From: an uncultured bacterium
GTDB taxonomy: Bacteria > Omnitrophota > Gorgyraeia > Duberdicusellales > CBEUCJ01
Length of the DNA stretch: 64,000 bases
Direction of reading: 5' to 3'
NCBI GenBank assembly: GCA_965541615.1
Contig: CBEUCJ010000002.1
Span: 159,795-223,794, forward strand
The notes beneath the pieces were generated by a model. It was not told where the DNA came from and made no database searches. It saw only the letters and a list, made by a program, of their open reading frames with translations. A program made the position numbers and the translations under genes. Within the stretch, counting starts at the first letter, position 1. The number at the start of each line of letters is the position of its first letter. Positions 1-11,875 of this stretch are shown here, piece by piece.

Positions 1-702
1 TGAAATTTTTAAGATTTTTTCTCTAATTTCTTCTATATTTTCTTTATGTCTGATAAGTATATCTAAGTTTAATCTGCATTCATCAGGAATCACATACTCT
101 GAAAAATTTGTTTTTAATCCATAAAGAGAAATCAAAGTTCCTTTTAATCTATCTTTTAATTTTTTTACTAACAAACAACTTTCTTCTATAGCATTTTTTC
201 CTTTATTTGAAAAGGCTGGATGGACAGATTTACCTTTAACTTTTACTTCTACTTCTATATTTCCGAAATGTTCTTTGACTATTTTTAAAGAAGTAGGTTC
301 TAGAACTAAAGCTTTGCGTGGAGAAATTGTTTTTGCTAAGTATTTAGAGCCTTTTCCTGTTTCTTCTTCGTCTACTGTAAAGCAAACACCTAAATTTAAT
401 TTTTTTATTTCTTTTAAAAAAAGTAAAATGCTTAAAACTTGTCCTTTAGCATCACTCGCTCCTGTTCCATAGATAAAATCACCTTTAAATTCAAAACTTC
501 TTTTTGGCTTTACAGTATCTACATGAGTTATTATCCAAAAATTAGCTTTAGGATTTATAATCAGATTTCCTATTTTTTGCATAAATACTCTAAAATTCAA
601 TTTTTCAATGTAGGTCTTTAAAAATCTTAAGATCTTTTTTTCTTTCCCTGAGATAGATTCTATTTCTAAAATTTTTTTAAATAACTTTACTATTTCATTC
701 AT
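1..702 (-). CDS. M20-family metallopeptidase (ArgE/DapE/ACY1-like), 5' portion; gene runs off the window start
   Basis: Reverse-strand translation from ATG (complement of 700-702): MNEIVKLFKK...THVDTV...GASDAKGQV...DEEETGKGSKY, an M20 metal-binding pattern; not in ORF track because truncated by window edge. Confidence 0.55.
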   Translation of the reverse strand, partial: MNEIVKLFKKILEIESISGKEKKILRFLKTYIEKLNFRVFMQKIGNLIINPKANFWIITHVDTVKPKRSFEFKGDFIYGTGASDAKGQVLSILLFLKEIKKLNLGVCFTVDEEETGKGSKYLAKTISPRKALVLEPTSLKIVKEHFGNIEVEVKVKGKSVHPAFSNKGKNAIEESCLLVKKLKDRLKGTLISLYGLKTNFSEYVIPDECRLNLDILIRHKENIEEIREKILKIS

Positions 703-730
703 AATTAAATAATTTTAAAATAAATTTTAA

Positions 731-1201
731 ATGATGAAAAACATTAAAATAAGGAATGTAACAAACAAAGATTTAGCAGAATTTTTAGAAATTTATGTTT
801 CTGCATATAGAGATTTAGAAGATTACTCTTACAAAAAAAGTAGAGAAATTAAACGATATTTTAAATGGCTTTTAAAAAGAGATTTAGAGGGTTTCTTTTT
901 GATTGAGACAGATAACAAAGTTTTAGGATTTGTAGCTTCAGATTCTAACTGGTATAGTAAATTTGAAAATAGTTATGTTTTAGAGATACATGAACTTATA
1001 GTAAGGAAAGAGTTTCAAAACAAAGGCTTTGGAAAGAAACTATTGGAAAGAGTCTTATTATATGGAAAAGAAAAGAATCTTAAAATAGGTGAGTTGTTTG
1101 TAGGAAAGGAAAACAAAAAGGCTATTCTTTTCTATATTAAAAATGGTTTTGTAAAAAAAGAAACCTATAAAAAATGGATTAGAATGACAAGATCTATATA
1201 A
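731..1201 (+). CDS. GNAT family N-acetyltransferase
   Basis: 156 aa; GNAT acetyl-CoA-binding motif region ...LIVRKEFQNKGFGKKLLE... Confidence 0.7.
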   Translation: MMKNIKIRNVTNKDLAEFLEIYVSAYRDLEDYSYKKSREIKRYFKWLLKRDLEGFFLIETDNKVLGFVASDSNWYSKFENSYVLEIHELIVRKEFQNKGFGKKLLERVLLYGKEKNLKIGELFVGKENKKAILFYIKNGFVKKETYKKWIRMTRSI

Positions 1202-1249
1202 TCAACTAAAATAGAAAAAATTTAGTTTTTTATGATATAATTTTAGAAT

Positions 1250-3892
1250 ATGATAAGCCCAACTTATAACCATAAAGAAGTTGAAGAAAAGATTTATAAA
1301 ATTTGGTCTGAAGCTGGTTTATTTTATGCTGAACCTAATAAAGATAAAAAGCCTTACTGCATATGTATGCCCCCTCCTAATGTTACAGGGATTTTACATA
1401 TGGGGCATGCTTTAAATAATACAATACAAGATATATTAATTAGATTTAAAAGAATGCAAGGATTTTGTGTACTCTGGATGCCAGGGATAGACCACGCTGG
1501 TATTGCCACCCAAAATGTTGTAGAGAGAAAGTTAAAAGAAGAAGGTTTGACTAGAAAGGATTTAGGAAGAGAAAAATTTTTAGAAAGAGTATGGCAATGG
1601 AAAGAAGAATATGGAGAGACCATTTTAAAGCAACTGAGAAAATTGGGAGCAAGTTGTGATTGGAGAAGGACTCGTTTTACAATGGATACTGAATACTCAA
1701 AGGCTGTTAGATATGTATTTAAAACTTTGTATGAAAAAGGATTAATTTATAAAGGAAAGTATATAATAAACTGGTGTCCAAGATGTGAGACTTCTTTATC
1801 AGATGAAGAAGCTCCTTACAGACCTGTTAAGGGTAAACTCTATTATATAAAGTATCCTATAGAAAATTCTAATGAGTATATTACAGTTGCTACCACTAGA
1901 CCTGAAACTATGTTAGGTGATACAGCTGTAGCAGTTAACCCTAAAGACGAAAGATATACCCATCTTATTGGAAAATTCTGTATCTTGCCTTTAGTCAACA
2001 GAAAGATCCCTATAATTGCAGATGAAAGAGTCTCAGTTGAGTTTGGAACAGGAGCTGTAAAAGTTACTCCTGCCCATGATCCTTTAGATTATGAGATAGC
2101 CAAAACTCATAATTTAGAATTTATAAATATTATGGATAAGAATGCTCATATAGAATGTGGAATTAAAGAGTATGATGGTTTAGATAGATTTAGTGCCCGT
2201 CAAAAGATAATAAAAGATCTAAAAACTCAAGGCTTATTAGAAAAAGAAGAAGACTATGAATATTCTATACCCTGCTGCTATAGGTGCGATACTCAAATTG
2301 AACCCAGGATTTCAGAACAATGGTTTGTAAGGATGAAACCTTTAGCTGAACCTGCTATAAAAGCAGCAGAAACCGGAAAAATAAAATTTTATCCAGAGAA
2401 ATGGAAAAAAGTCTATTTAGAATGGATGTACAACATTAAAGACTGGTGTATCTCAAGACAAATCTGGTGGGGACATAGGATTCCTGTATGGTACTGTAAG
2501 AATTGTAAAGCAATCAATGTCTCTGAAGAAGAAATCTCAGAATGTCAAAAATGTAAATCTAAAAATATTGTTCAAGATGAAGATGTATTAGATACTTGGT
2601 TTAGTTCTTGGTTGTGGCCATTTGCTACTTTTGGATGGCCAGAGTTCAAAAGCCCTTATAAAAAAGAAGATTTAGATTATTTTTATCCTACTTCTTGTTT
2701 AGTTACAGCTCCTGAAATCATATTCTTTTGGGTAGCAAGAATGATTATGGCAGGTTTAGAATTTATAAAAGAGATTCCTTTTAAAGACGTTTATATCCAT
2801 GGAACTGTAAGAGATGCTACAGGTAAAAAAATGTCAAAGTCTTTGGGGAATATTATCGATCCTTTAGAGATAATAAATCAAATGGGAGCAGATGCCTTAA
2901 GATTTAGTTTAATATCTTTGACAGCTACTGGTCAAGATGTGTTTTTATCAAAAAGTAAATTTGAGATGGGCAGAACTTTTACTAACAAAATCTGGAATGC
3001 TTTTAGGTTAGTATTTTTACTTGCGAAAGAAAAAGAGACATTATTAAAAGATATTGAATTTGACTTAGAAAAGATAGCTCCTACACAGATTTTTGATAAA
3101 TGGATATTAACTAAGTTAACCAAACTCACAAAAGATGTTACTGAATCTTTAGAAAACTATAATTTTAATAATGCAGCTCAAAAGATTTACAAGTTTTTCT
3201 GGAATAAATTTTGTGATTGGTATTTAGAGTTTCTAAAAGTCGATTTAAAGACAAAAGACTCCAAAATTATAAAAGAAAAGATTTCTATTTCTTTAAAGGT
3301 ACTTTTAGACTCTTTAAAACTCCTTCACCCTTTTATGCCTTTCATTACTGAAGAAATTTATCAAAAAATAAGAGAAAATTTCAAGATTAAAAGATTAAAA
3401 GATTTTATAATGATATCTGAATGGCCTCAAAATAAATTTGAATTTTTAGAAGAAGAAGCTTTTGTTGATAATTTGTGTGAATTAATAACTAAAGTAAGGA
3501 GCTTAAAGCATATTTTAGGAATCCCTCTCAACTACAGAATAAAAACTTATTCTTTAAAAATTCCTGACCAATTCACAGAACACTTTAAAAAGTTAGCTTT
3601 TTTAGAAGATATTATAATGAGTGCTCCCAAAACTCCTTATGTAGGTCTATTTTCCAATGAGTTAGAAATCTACATAGACTTGGAAGGTTTTGATTTAAAA
3701 AAAGTGTTAGAAAAACTTGAAAAAGAAATTGAAAAAACTCAAAATTCTATTCAAAAACTCAAAAGTCTACTAAGTAACAAAGATTTCCTCTCAAAAGCTC
3801 CTCCTCAGGAAATAGAAAAGTTTAAAACCAGATTAGAAGATTCTGAAAATCTTTTAAATAAATATTTAGAGATTAAAAATGCAATTAAGTAA
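1250..3892 (+). CDS. valS: valyl-tRNA synthetase
   Basis: 880 aa; class I aaRS HIGH motif (PPPNVTGILHMGHALN), KMSKS motif, C-terminal coiled-coil typical of ValRS. Confidence 0.95.
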   Translation: MISPTYNHKEVEEKIYKIWSEAGLFYAEPNKDKKPYCICMPPPNVTGILHMGHALNNTIQDILIRFKRMQGFCVLWMPGIDHAGIATQNVVERKLKEEGLTRKDLGREKFLERVWQWKEEYGETILKQLRKLGASCDWRRTRFTMDTEYSKAVRYVFKTLYEKGLIYKGKYIINWCPRCETSLSDEEAPYRPVKGKLYYIKYPIENSNEYITVATTRPETMLGDTAVAVNPKDERYTHLIGKFCILPLVNRKIPIIADERVSVEFGTGAVKVTPAHDPLDYEIAKTHNLEFINIMDKNAHIECGIKEYDGLDRFSARQKIIKDLKTQGLLEKEEDYEYSIPCCYRCDTQIEPRISEQWFVRMKPLAEPAIKAAETGKIKFYPEKWKKVYLEWMYNIKDWCISRQIWWGHRIPVWYCKNCKAINVSEEEISECQKCKSKNIVQDEDVLDTWFSSWLWPFATFGWPEFKSPYKKEDLDYFYPTSCLVTAPEIIFFWVARMIMAGLEFIKEIPFKDVYIHGTVRDATGKKMSKSLGNIIDPLEIINQMGADALRFSLISLTATGQDVFLSKSKFEMGRTFTNKIWNAFRLVFLLAKEKETLLKDIEFDLEKIAPTQIFDKWILTKLTKLTKDVTESLENYNFNNAAQKIYKFFWNKFCDWYLEFLKVDLKTKDSKIIKEKISISLKVLLDSLKLLHPFMPFITEEIYQKIRENFKIKRLKDFIMISEWPQNKFEFLEEEAFVDNLCELITKVRSLKHILGIPLNYRIKTYSLKIPDQFTEHFKKLAFLEDIIMSAPKTPYVGLFSNELEIYIDLEGFDLKKVLEKLEKEIEKTQNSIQKLKSLLSNKDFLSKAPPQEIEKFKTRLEDSENLLNKYLEIKNAIK

Positions 3893-4745
3893 AGAAATTT
3901 TTGACATAGTAAAAAAAGCTTTAAAGGAAGATTTCGTCTCTAAAGATATTACTACTCAGAGTTTTATTCCAAAAGATGTAAAAATAAAAGCTTTCATTAT
4001 GGCTAAAGAAAAAGGTGTATTGTGTGGCATAAAAGTTGTAGAAGTGGTCTTTAAAGAAATAGATAAAAATATAGAATTCTTTCCTTTAAAAAAAGATGGA
4101 CAGAGTATAAAAAGAGGAGAAAAAGTCTGTCAAATAAAAGGTCCAGCTTGCAAAATACTGTCTGCTGAACGAACAGCTTTAAATTTCTTAGCTCACTTAT
4201 CAGGAATAAGTACTCAAACTCAAAAGTGGATAAAGGAATTAAAAGATTCAAAGATAACTTTATTAGATACTAGGAAAACTACTCCTCTTTTAAGAGATTT
4301 AGAAAAGTATGCGGTTCGGGTAGGTGGGGCTAAAAATCATAGAATGAATCTAAAAGAAGCAGTCCTCTTAAAAGAAAATCATATTTTTATTTTAAGGAGA
4401 ATAAAAATCTCAAAAGATGAGTTAAAAAAGAAAATTTTAAAGATAAAAAGAGAAGGTAAAAAAGTGATTCTAGAAGCTCATTCTCTAAAAGACTTTTTAG
4501 AATTTTTAGATGTAGGAGCAGATGTTATTATGTTAGATAATTTTGATTTTGATTCTATAAAAAAAGCTTGTCAACTAAGAGATAAAATTTGTCCTTCTTT
4601 AGAAATAGAAGTTTCAGGAAACATAGATTTTGAAAGTTTAAAAAGACTTAAAAAGCTCCCTATCCAAAGAATATCTGCTGGTAGACTCACCCATTCAGTA
4701 AAGTGGTTAGATTTTTCCTTAGAGATAGAAAAAGTATATGGATAA
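3879..4745 (+). CDS. nadC: nicotinate-nucleotide pyrophosphorylase (quinolinate phosphoribosyltransferase)
   Basis: 288 aa; [12 protein letters not shown]...[12 protein letters not shown] pattern of QPRTase; 14-nt overlap with valS. Confidence 0.85.
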   Translation: MQLSKEIFDIVKKALKEDFVSKDITTQSFIPKDVKIKAFIMAKEKGVLCGIKVVEVVFKEIDKNIEFFPLKKDGQSIKRGEKVCQIKGPACKILSAERTALNFLAHLSGISTQTQKWIKELKDSKITLLDTRKTTPLLRDLEKYAVRVGGAKNHRMNLKEAVLLKENHIFILRRIKISKDELKKKILKIKREGKKVILEAHSLKDFLEFLDVGADVIMLDNFDFDSIKKACQLRDKICPSLEIEVSGNIDFESLKRLKKLPIQRISAGRLTHSVKWLDFSLEIEKVYG

Positions 4746-6723
4746 GTTTGTATTAAAAAGCCCCTTTAAACCCACAGGTGATCAACCTCAAGCTATAAAA
4801 AAGTTAGTTGAAGGAATCAAAAAAGGATTAAAATATCAAGTTCTTTTAGGAGTAACAGGGTCTGGTAAAACTTTTACTTTGTGCAATGTAATTGAAAAGG
4901 TAAATAAACCTACATTAGTAATCTCTCCTAATAAGACTTTAGCTGCTCAACTTTACTCTGAATTTAAATCTTTTTTTCCAGATAACGCTGTAGAGTATTT
5001 TGTAAGTTATTATGATTACTACCAACCTGAAGCCTACATTCCTGAAACTGATACTTATATAGAAAAAGATGCTTCTATAAATGAAAGATTAGATAGGCTA
5101 AGGTTATCAGCTACAAGTTCTTTGATGTCCAGAAGAGATGTGATAGTCGTAGCTTCTGTATCTTGCATTTATAATTTGGGTTCTCCTCAAGAATACCAAG
5201 AGCTTGTATTATATCTACAAAAAGGGCAAGTCTTAAATTTAGAAGACTTTTTAAAAAGATTAGTTACCCTTCAATACGAAAGAAATGATTTTGAATTTAA
5301 AAGAGGTGTCTTTAGAGTAAGAGGAGATATCGTTGAAATATTTCCTACCTATAAAGAAGATGCTTTAAGAATAAGTTTTTTTGGTGATGAAATAGAAAGG
5401 ATCTCTGTGATAGATCCAATATCAGGAGAAGTAAAAAAGGATTTAGAGAAAATAGGAATCTTTCCTGCAAAACATTTTATAGTTTCTCACGATAAGATAG
5501 AGAGAGCTTTAATTACCATTCAATGGGAATTAGAAGATAGAGTAAGAGAGTTAAGAAAACAAGGAAAAGAGTTAGAAGCTCACAGACTTTGGACCAGAAC
5601 CAAATACGATATGGAAATGTTAAAAGAAACTGGTTACTGTCATGGAATAGAAAATTATTCAAGACATCTTTCACAAAGACCACCAGGTTCTAGACCTTAC
5701 TGTTTAATAGACTATTTTGGAGATGATTTTTTAGTAATAATAGATGAATCTCATATTACTATTCCTCAGCTGAGAGCTATGTATAATCAAGATAGAAATA
5801 GAAAACTCACTTTAATAGAATACGGATTTAGGTTACCTTCTTGTTTAGATAATAGACCTCTAAAATTTGAAGAGTTTTTGGAATTAGTAAAGCAGGTAAT
5901 CTTTGTTTCAGCTACTCCCCAAAGTTTTGAAATAAATCTAAGTGGTGGTAGAGTAATAGAACAACTAATAAGACCCACAGGTATTCCTGATCCAGAGATA
6001 ATAGTAAAACCTACTCAAAATCAGATTGAAGATTTGATAATCGAGATTAGAAAAAGAGTAGAAAGAAATGAAAGAGTTTTAATAACTACTTTAACCAAAA
6101 GAATGGCAGAAGATTTAGCAAGTTACCTTCAAGAGAGAAAAATAAAGGTAAAATATTTACATTCAGAAATAGATACCATTGAAAGAGCAAAAATTTTAAA
6201 AGAATTAAGAAGCAAAGAATTTGATGTTTTGGTAGGGATAAATCTTTTAAGAGAAGGTTTGGACCTTCCTGAAGTGAGTTTAGTAGCTATATTAGATGCA
6301 GATAAAGAAGGCTTTTTAAGATCATTTACTTCTCTGATTCAAATTGCAGGAAGAGCAGCTCGTAATATAAATGGCACAGTAATAATGTATGCTGATACTC
6401 TCACAGAATCTATGAAAAAGGTCATTCAGGAAACTAACAGAAGAAGAAAGATTCAATTAGAATACAACAAAAAACACAAAATTACTCCTAAAACTATAGA
6501 AAAAGCAATAAAAGAAGGTATTGAAGAGTATGAAAAAGCAAAAGAATTTACAGGAAAAGTTATCGGATTAGATAAAGAATCTTTAGAGATCGAAGAGCTA
6601 ATAGAAGAACTAACCAAAGAAATGGAATTAGCTGCACGTAATCTTCAATTTGAAAAAGCAGCTTTTTATAGAGATAAGATAAAGGAATTAAAAGAAGTTT
6701 TAAATAAAAAAATAAAACAATGA
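4738..6723 (+). CDS. uvrB: excinuclease ABC subunit B
   Basis: 661 aa; Walker [11 protein letters not shown], helicase motifs, C-terminal UVR domain ([19 protein letters not shown]). Confidence 0.95.
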   Translation: MDKFVLKSPFKPTGDQPQAIKKLVEGIKKGLKYQVLLGVTGSGKTFTLCNVIEKVNKPTLVISPNKTLAAQLYSEFKSFFPDNAVEYFVSYYDYYQPEAYIPETDTYIEKDASINERLDRLRLSATSSLMSRRDVIVVASVSCIYNLGSPQEYQELVLYLQKGQVLNLEDFLKRLVTLQYERNDFEFKRGVFRVRGDIVEIFPTYKEDALRISFFGDEIERISVIDPISGEVKKDLEKIGIFPAKHFIVSHDKIERALITIQWELEDRVRELRKQGKELEAHRLWTRTKYDMEMLKETGYCHGIENYSRHLSQRPPGSRPYCLIDYFGDDFLVIIDESHITIPQLRAMYNQDRNRKLTLIEYGFRLPSCLDNRPLKFEEFLELVKQVIFVSATPQSFEINLSGGRVIEQLIRPTGIPDPEIIVKPTQNQIEDLIIEIRKRVERNERVLITTLTKRMAEDLASYLQERKIKVKYLHSEIDTIERAKILKELRSKEFDVLVGINLLREGLDLPEVSLVAILDADKEGFLRSFTSLIQIAGRAARNINGTVIMYADTLTESMKKVIQETNRRRKIQLEYNKKHKITPKTIEKAIKEGIEEYEKAKEFTGKVIGLDKESLEIEELIEELTKEMELAARNLQFEKAAFYRDKIKELKEVLNKKIKQ

Positions 6724-7409
6724 TAAATAAAATTTACTCTTTTAAAAAAATCACTTCTACTCAGGATTTTGCAAAAAAATTGATAAAATCTGGATTAGTT
6801 AATTCAGATAGAGTTCTGGTTACTTCAGAAATTCAAACCAAAGGCAGAGGAAGATTTAATAGAAAATGGATCTCACCTTTGGGAGGAGTTTATTTTTCTT
6901 TAATTATGAAAAAAAATGATACTTTATTAAGTTTTAAAATTTGCTTGGCAATCTGTAAAACGATTGAATACACCCATAACATAAAAGTTCAAATAAGATG
7001 GCCTAACGATTTAATTCTAAATGGAAAAAAAATAGGAGGAATGCTCATAGAAAAAATAGAAGACTTCTCTATCATAGGAGTTGGAATTAATTTAAATACA
7101 GATATAGAGTTATTACCTCCTCATAGCACTTCTTTATTCTTTGAAACTTCTATCTATTTTGAGAAAGAAAAGTTTTTAAATAAACTTTTAGAATTTATAA
7201 ATGAGTATCTAAATTATGATTCTAAAAAATTGATAAGAGAATATAAAAGTTACTCTCAAGTTTTGGGAAAGTTTGTAAAAATAAGATCTTTAAATAAAAC
7301 TTTAGAAGGTCAAGTTATAGATTTTGATTCTGAAGGAGCTTTAATATTAAGAGATAATTTTGGATTTAAGATTAAACTCTTTTCATCAGAAGTCATCTTT
7401 TTAAGATGA
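6720..7409 (+). CDS. birA: biotin--[acetyl-CoA-carboxylase] ligase, group I (no N-terminal HTH)
   Basis: 229 aa; [20 protein letters not shown] biotin-binding loop; the short length means no repressor domain. Confidence 0.8.
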   Translation: MINKIYSFKKITSTQDFAKKLIKSGLVNSDRVLVTSEIQTKGRGRFNRKWISPLGGVYFSLIMKKNDTLLSFKICLAICKTIEYTHNIKVQIRWPNDLILNGKKIGGMLIEKIEDFSIIGVGINLNTDIELLPPHSTSLFFETSIYFEKEKFLNKLLEFINEYLNYDSKKLIREYKSYSQVLGKFVKIRSLNKTLEGQVIDFDSEGALILRDNFGFKIKLFSSEVIFLR

Positions 7410-8125
7410 TTCTTTTAATAGACATAGGTAATACTACTATAGATATTGGGATTTATAAAGAGAATAAACTTAGTTTCCTTAAAAAAATAAAGACTCATCA
7501 AAAATTTTGTGTCAATTTAAGGAACATTAAAAATGCTATTATTTGCTCTGTAGTTCCTCCAAAAACAAAGGAAGTTTTAAACTACCTTAAAAAAAGAAAG
7601 ATAAATAATTTTATTATTGGAAAGGACTTGTTAGTTCCTTTGAAAAGTAAATATAAAGGAATCTTAGGTCAAGATAGAATCTTAAATTGCTTTGGTGCTT
7701 TAAAAATAATAAAGAAAGCTCCATTAGCAGTAATAGACTTAGGAACAGCTATTACTGTAGATTTTGTAGACAAGAATTATAATTATAGAGGGGGGATAAT
7801 CTTTCCTGGATTGAGATTATCTTTAGAAGCTCTTTTAAAGAGAGCTTACATGCTAAAGGATATAAGAATAAAAGAATTGCAAAGACCAAGAAAGATTATA
7901 GGGAACAATTCCAAAGAAGCTATTCTTTCGGGTATATTTTTGGGAATAAGAGGTGTCTGTGAATCGATAATTAAAAAATTAAAAAATAAATATCCAAATT
8001 TGAAAGTGATTCTTACTGGAGGAGATCTCAAAATAGCAAAATCTTGGGATTTTGTAGATAAAATTATACCTCATTTGAATATCATCTCTTTAAAATTCAT
8101 AGCAGAACATTACAAAATATCATAA
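7406..8125 (+). CDS. coaX: type III pantothenate kinase
   Basis: 239 aa; N-terminal LLIDIGNT...IGIY and DLGTAITVD actin-fold ATPase motifs. Confidence 0.85.
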   Translation: MILLIDIGNTTIDIGIYKENKLSFLKKIKTHQKFCVNLRNIKNAIICSVVPPKTKEVLNYLKKRKINNFIIGKDLLVPLKSKYKGILGQDRILNCFGALKIIKKAPLAVIDLGTAITVDFVDKNYNYRGGIIFPGLRLSLEALLKRAYMLKDIRIKELQRPRKIIGNNSKEAILSGIFLGIRGVCESIIKKLKNKYPNLKVILTGGDLKIAKSWDFVDKIIPHLNIISLKFIAEHYKIS

Positions 8126-8215
8126 AATATACCTTTAGATAAAGAAAACCACATAAAATTTGAAAAAAATGAGAAAAAATGATTAAAATTTTTATAAAAT
8201 TGTTTAAATTAATGC

Positions 8216-8243
8216 TTGATTTGCAAAAAAGTTTTAGTAAAAT
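8216..8243 (+). promoter_or_regulatory. sigma70-type promoter for groESL (-35 TTGATT, 16-nt spacer, -10 TAAAAT)
   Basis: Read directly: TTGATT at 8216-8221 and TAAAAT at 8238-8243, immediately upstream of CIRCE. Confidence 0.5.
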
Positions 8244-8245
8244 AA

Positions 8246-8272
8246 TTAGCACTCTAAGTCTATGATTGCTAA
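8246..8272 (+). promoter_or_regulatory. CIRCE operator (HrcA binding site) upstream of groES
   Basis: TTAGCACTC-taagtctat-GATTGCTAA; left arm matches consensus TTAGCACTC-N9-GAGTGCTAA exactly, right arm has 2 mismatches; located 20 nt before groES RBS (aggaggtga). Confidence 0.75.
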
Positions 8273-8293
8273 ATTTTTGAAGGAGGTGAGAGT

Positions 8294-8584
8294 ATGAAAA
8301 TAAAACCTTTAGGAGACAGAGTAGTGGTAGAGCCTTTAAAAGCAGAAGAAAAGACCAAAGGGGGTATAGTCTTACCTGATACTGCAAAAGAAAAACCTCA
8401 AGAAGGAAAGGTAATAGCTGTAGGAGAAAAGATTACCGATGAAGGAAAAAAGATGCCTTTACAAGTAAAAGTAGGTGATAGGGTTTTATATAGTAAATAT
8501 GCAGGCACAGAAATTACCACTAAAGATGGAAAAGAGTTATTAATCTTAAGAGAAGATGACATCTTAGCTATCATTGAAGAATAA
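8294..8584 (+). CDS. groES: co-chaperonin GroES
   Basis: 96 aa; canonical Cpn10 sequence with mobile loop. Confidence 0.95.
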   Translation: MKIKPLGDRVVVEPLKAEEKTKGGIVLPDTAKEKPQEGKVIAVGEKITDEGKKMPLQVKVGDRVLYSKYAGTEITTKDGKELLILREDDILAIIEE

Positions 8585-8599
8585 CGAAGGAGGTGGTAA

Positions 8600-10225
<1,626 letters not shown>

Positions 10226-10249
10226 TAATCTTTAAAAACCCTTCTTTTA

Positions 10250-10295
10250 CCCCCCTGCTCTTTTTCAAAGAAAAGGAAAAGAGCAGGGGGGTATT
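10250..10295 (+). terminator. rho-independent terminator after groEL
   Basis: Perfect G/C-rich inverted repeat CCCCCCTGCTCTTTT...AAAAGAGCAGGGGGG with 11-nt loop, followed by TATTT. Confidence 0.7.
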
Positions 10296-10334
10296 TAAAT
10301 TGACAGATCTAAAATTGTGTGTTAAAGTATTTAG

Positions 10335-10658
10335 ATGAAGGAAAGGAGAAGGTACAAAAGATTTTCTTTACTCATTCCTTTAAAAATCCAAAGATTTTAT
10401 TCAAATAAAATTGAAAATACAATTACTAAAGATATCAGTCAAGGAGGGTTAAGAATAAAAAGTGATTGTTTTTTTATGCCCAAGGAAAGGATAAAAATAA
10501 TATTAAATAACCCTATCTTTAATACAGTAAAGGGGAAAGTTATCTGGATAAAAAAAATGCAATTACCTGATTCTTTTGAAGCAGGGATAGAATTTATAGA
10601 ATTAGACAGTTATACAAGAAAGCTATTGTTTTTAAAATTCTTAAATTTTAATCTCTAA
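10335..10658 (+). CDS. PilZ domain protein
   Basis: 107 aa; N-terminal RRxxxR-type motif (KERRRYKRF) and DxSxGG-like (DISQGGLRI) characteristic of PilZ c-di-GMP binding. Confidence 0.6.
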   Translation: MKERRRYKRFSLLIPLKIQRFYSNKIENTITKDISQGGLRIKSDCFFMPKERIKIILNNPIFNTVKGKVIWIKKMQLPDSFEAGIEFIELDSYTRKLLFLKFLNFNL

Positions 10659-10674
10659 AAAGGGAAGTTAAAAA

Positions 10675-10815
10675 ATGGGCAAACCTGATAGAGTAAATTG
10701 CGCATATTGCAATAAGTCTTTAAAAAGAATCAAAAGGTACTATAGGGACGGAAAATACTGGTGTAATAAAAAGTGTTATAAACAAGCAAAACAAAAAGAA
10801 AGTGCTAACTCTTAA
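10675..10815 (+). CDS. small zinc-ribbon protein (46 aa), CxxC...CxxxC
   Basis: ATG at 10675 preceded by aaagggaag; MGKPDRVNCAYCNKSLKRIKRYYRDGKYWCNKKCYKQAKQKESANS; below the 60-aa ORF-track cutoff. Confidence 0.4.
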   Translation: MGKPDRVNCAYCNKSLKRIKRYYRDGKYWCNKKCYKQAKQKESANS

Positions 10816-10824
10816 AGTAAAAAA

Positions 10825-11214
10825 TTGAAAGTAGAGAGAAGAAGAGCTCCACGCATAGAAAAAAATATCCCTGTAAAGATAGGCAAAGAAGAGTATGAAA
10901 TTATAACTGAGACCAAAAATTTAAGTTGTATAGGTGCTCTTTGTAGGGTCGATAAATACATAGAACCTTTAACAAAATTGAAAATCCTTCTTTTAGTTCC
11001 TCATCATGATCGCGAGAAAAAAGATAAATATTATAAGATTGAATGTGGTGGAGTGGTAGTAAGAACAGAGCCTTTATCTTTGGAAAATGGTAAAAAAGCA
11101 TATAACATTGCAATTTATTTTAATGAAATTAATGAATTAGACAAAGAAAAAATCGCTAAATTCGTTGAGTGGAATCTTCAAAACAAAAAGAGATCTAATA
11201 ATAATTCTTTTTAG
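10825..11214 (+). CDS. PilZ domain protein (second copy); TTG start in same frame as the upstream zinc-ribbon ORF, separated by a single TAA
   Basis: 129 aa; KVERRRAPRIE... and LSCIGALCRV parallel PilZ-1 motifs. Confidence 0.55.
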   Translation: MKVERRRAPRIEKNIPVKIGKEEYEIITETKNLSCIGALCRVDKYIEPLTKLKILLLVPHHDREKKDKYYKIECGGVVVRTEPLSLENGKKAYNIAIYFNEINELDKEKIAKFVEWNLQNKKRSNNNSF

Positions 11215-11245
11215 TGCCCTTTTATTTAATCTTTCTCCATCAAAA

Positions 11246-11875
11246 ATGAAGATAAAACTTCCTGAAATTAAAATCTCAAATATTTTAGATGAATCTTTGA
11301 ATAAAAGAATTTCTGTAAGAAGATTTAAAAAAACACCTTTAAATTTAGAACAAGTTGCAAAATTACTATGGTCAGCTAATGGAAAAAAAGTAGATGGTGT
11401 GAGTGGTCCTTCTAGAATTCTTCCTTCTGCTGGAGCTACCTATCCTTTAGAAGTATTCCTTATAGTAGGCAAAGATAGCGTAGAAGGATTAAGTGAAGGA
11501 GTTTATTTATACGATTATGAAAATAACCAGTTAATAAAAATTTTAGATAAAGATGTAAGAGAAGAATTAAGCTCTGCCTGTTTAAACCAAAGATTTATTG
11601 CTCAAGCTCCTATAACTATTCTTGTTGCTGCAGATTTTAACAGAACTACTCAGTGGTATGGAAGGAGAGGAGAGAGGTACGTAATAATGGAATCTGGACA
11701 TGCTTGTCAAAATATTTATCTAATGGCGACTTCTTTAGGGTTAGGAACAGTTGAAGTAGGAGCTTTTAATGATTTTGAAGTAAAAAGACTCTTAAACCTT
11801 CCTAAAAATTTTGAACCATTAAGCCTAATGCCTGTAGGTTTTCCTAGTAGAGTTAATGATCGAAAGAAAGATTAA
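11246..11875 (+). CDS. SagB/ThcOx-type dehydrogenase (nitroreductase-superfamily) protein
   Basis: Track ORF begins 11165 but the internal ATG at 11246 (MKIKLPEIK...) avoids overlapping PilZ-2; SAGATYPLEVF...ESGHACQNIYLMATSLGLG is typical of SagB-type FMN dehydrogenase domains. Confidence 0.6.
   Translation: MKIKLPEIKISNILDESLNKRISVRRFKKTPLNLEQVAKLLWSANGKKVDGVSGPSRILPSAGATYPLEVFLIVGKDSVEGLSEGVYLYDYENNQLIKILDKDVREELSSACLNQRFIAQAPITILVAADFNRTTQWYGRRGERYVIMESGHACQNIYLMATSLGLGTVEVGAFNDFEVKRLLNLPKNFEPLSLMPVGFPSRVNDRKKD

Noticed and set aside
275-621. Two short + strand ORFs (275-472, 439-621) in the ORF track
   Set aside because: They lie antisense inside the clearly coding minus-strand M20 peptidase gene and have no motifs; typical AT-rich spurious ORFs. 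The same applies to most 60-100-aa ORFs listed antisense within larger genes (for example 1354-1623, 9265-9639, 17587-17892, 36505-36797, 43284-43675).
11165-11245. Upstream extension of the SagB-like ORF given in the track (start 11165)
   Set aside because: It would overlap the PilZ-2 gene by 50 nt and adds a non-conserved, low-complexity N-terminus; the internal ATG at 11246 is more plausible, though unproven.
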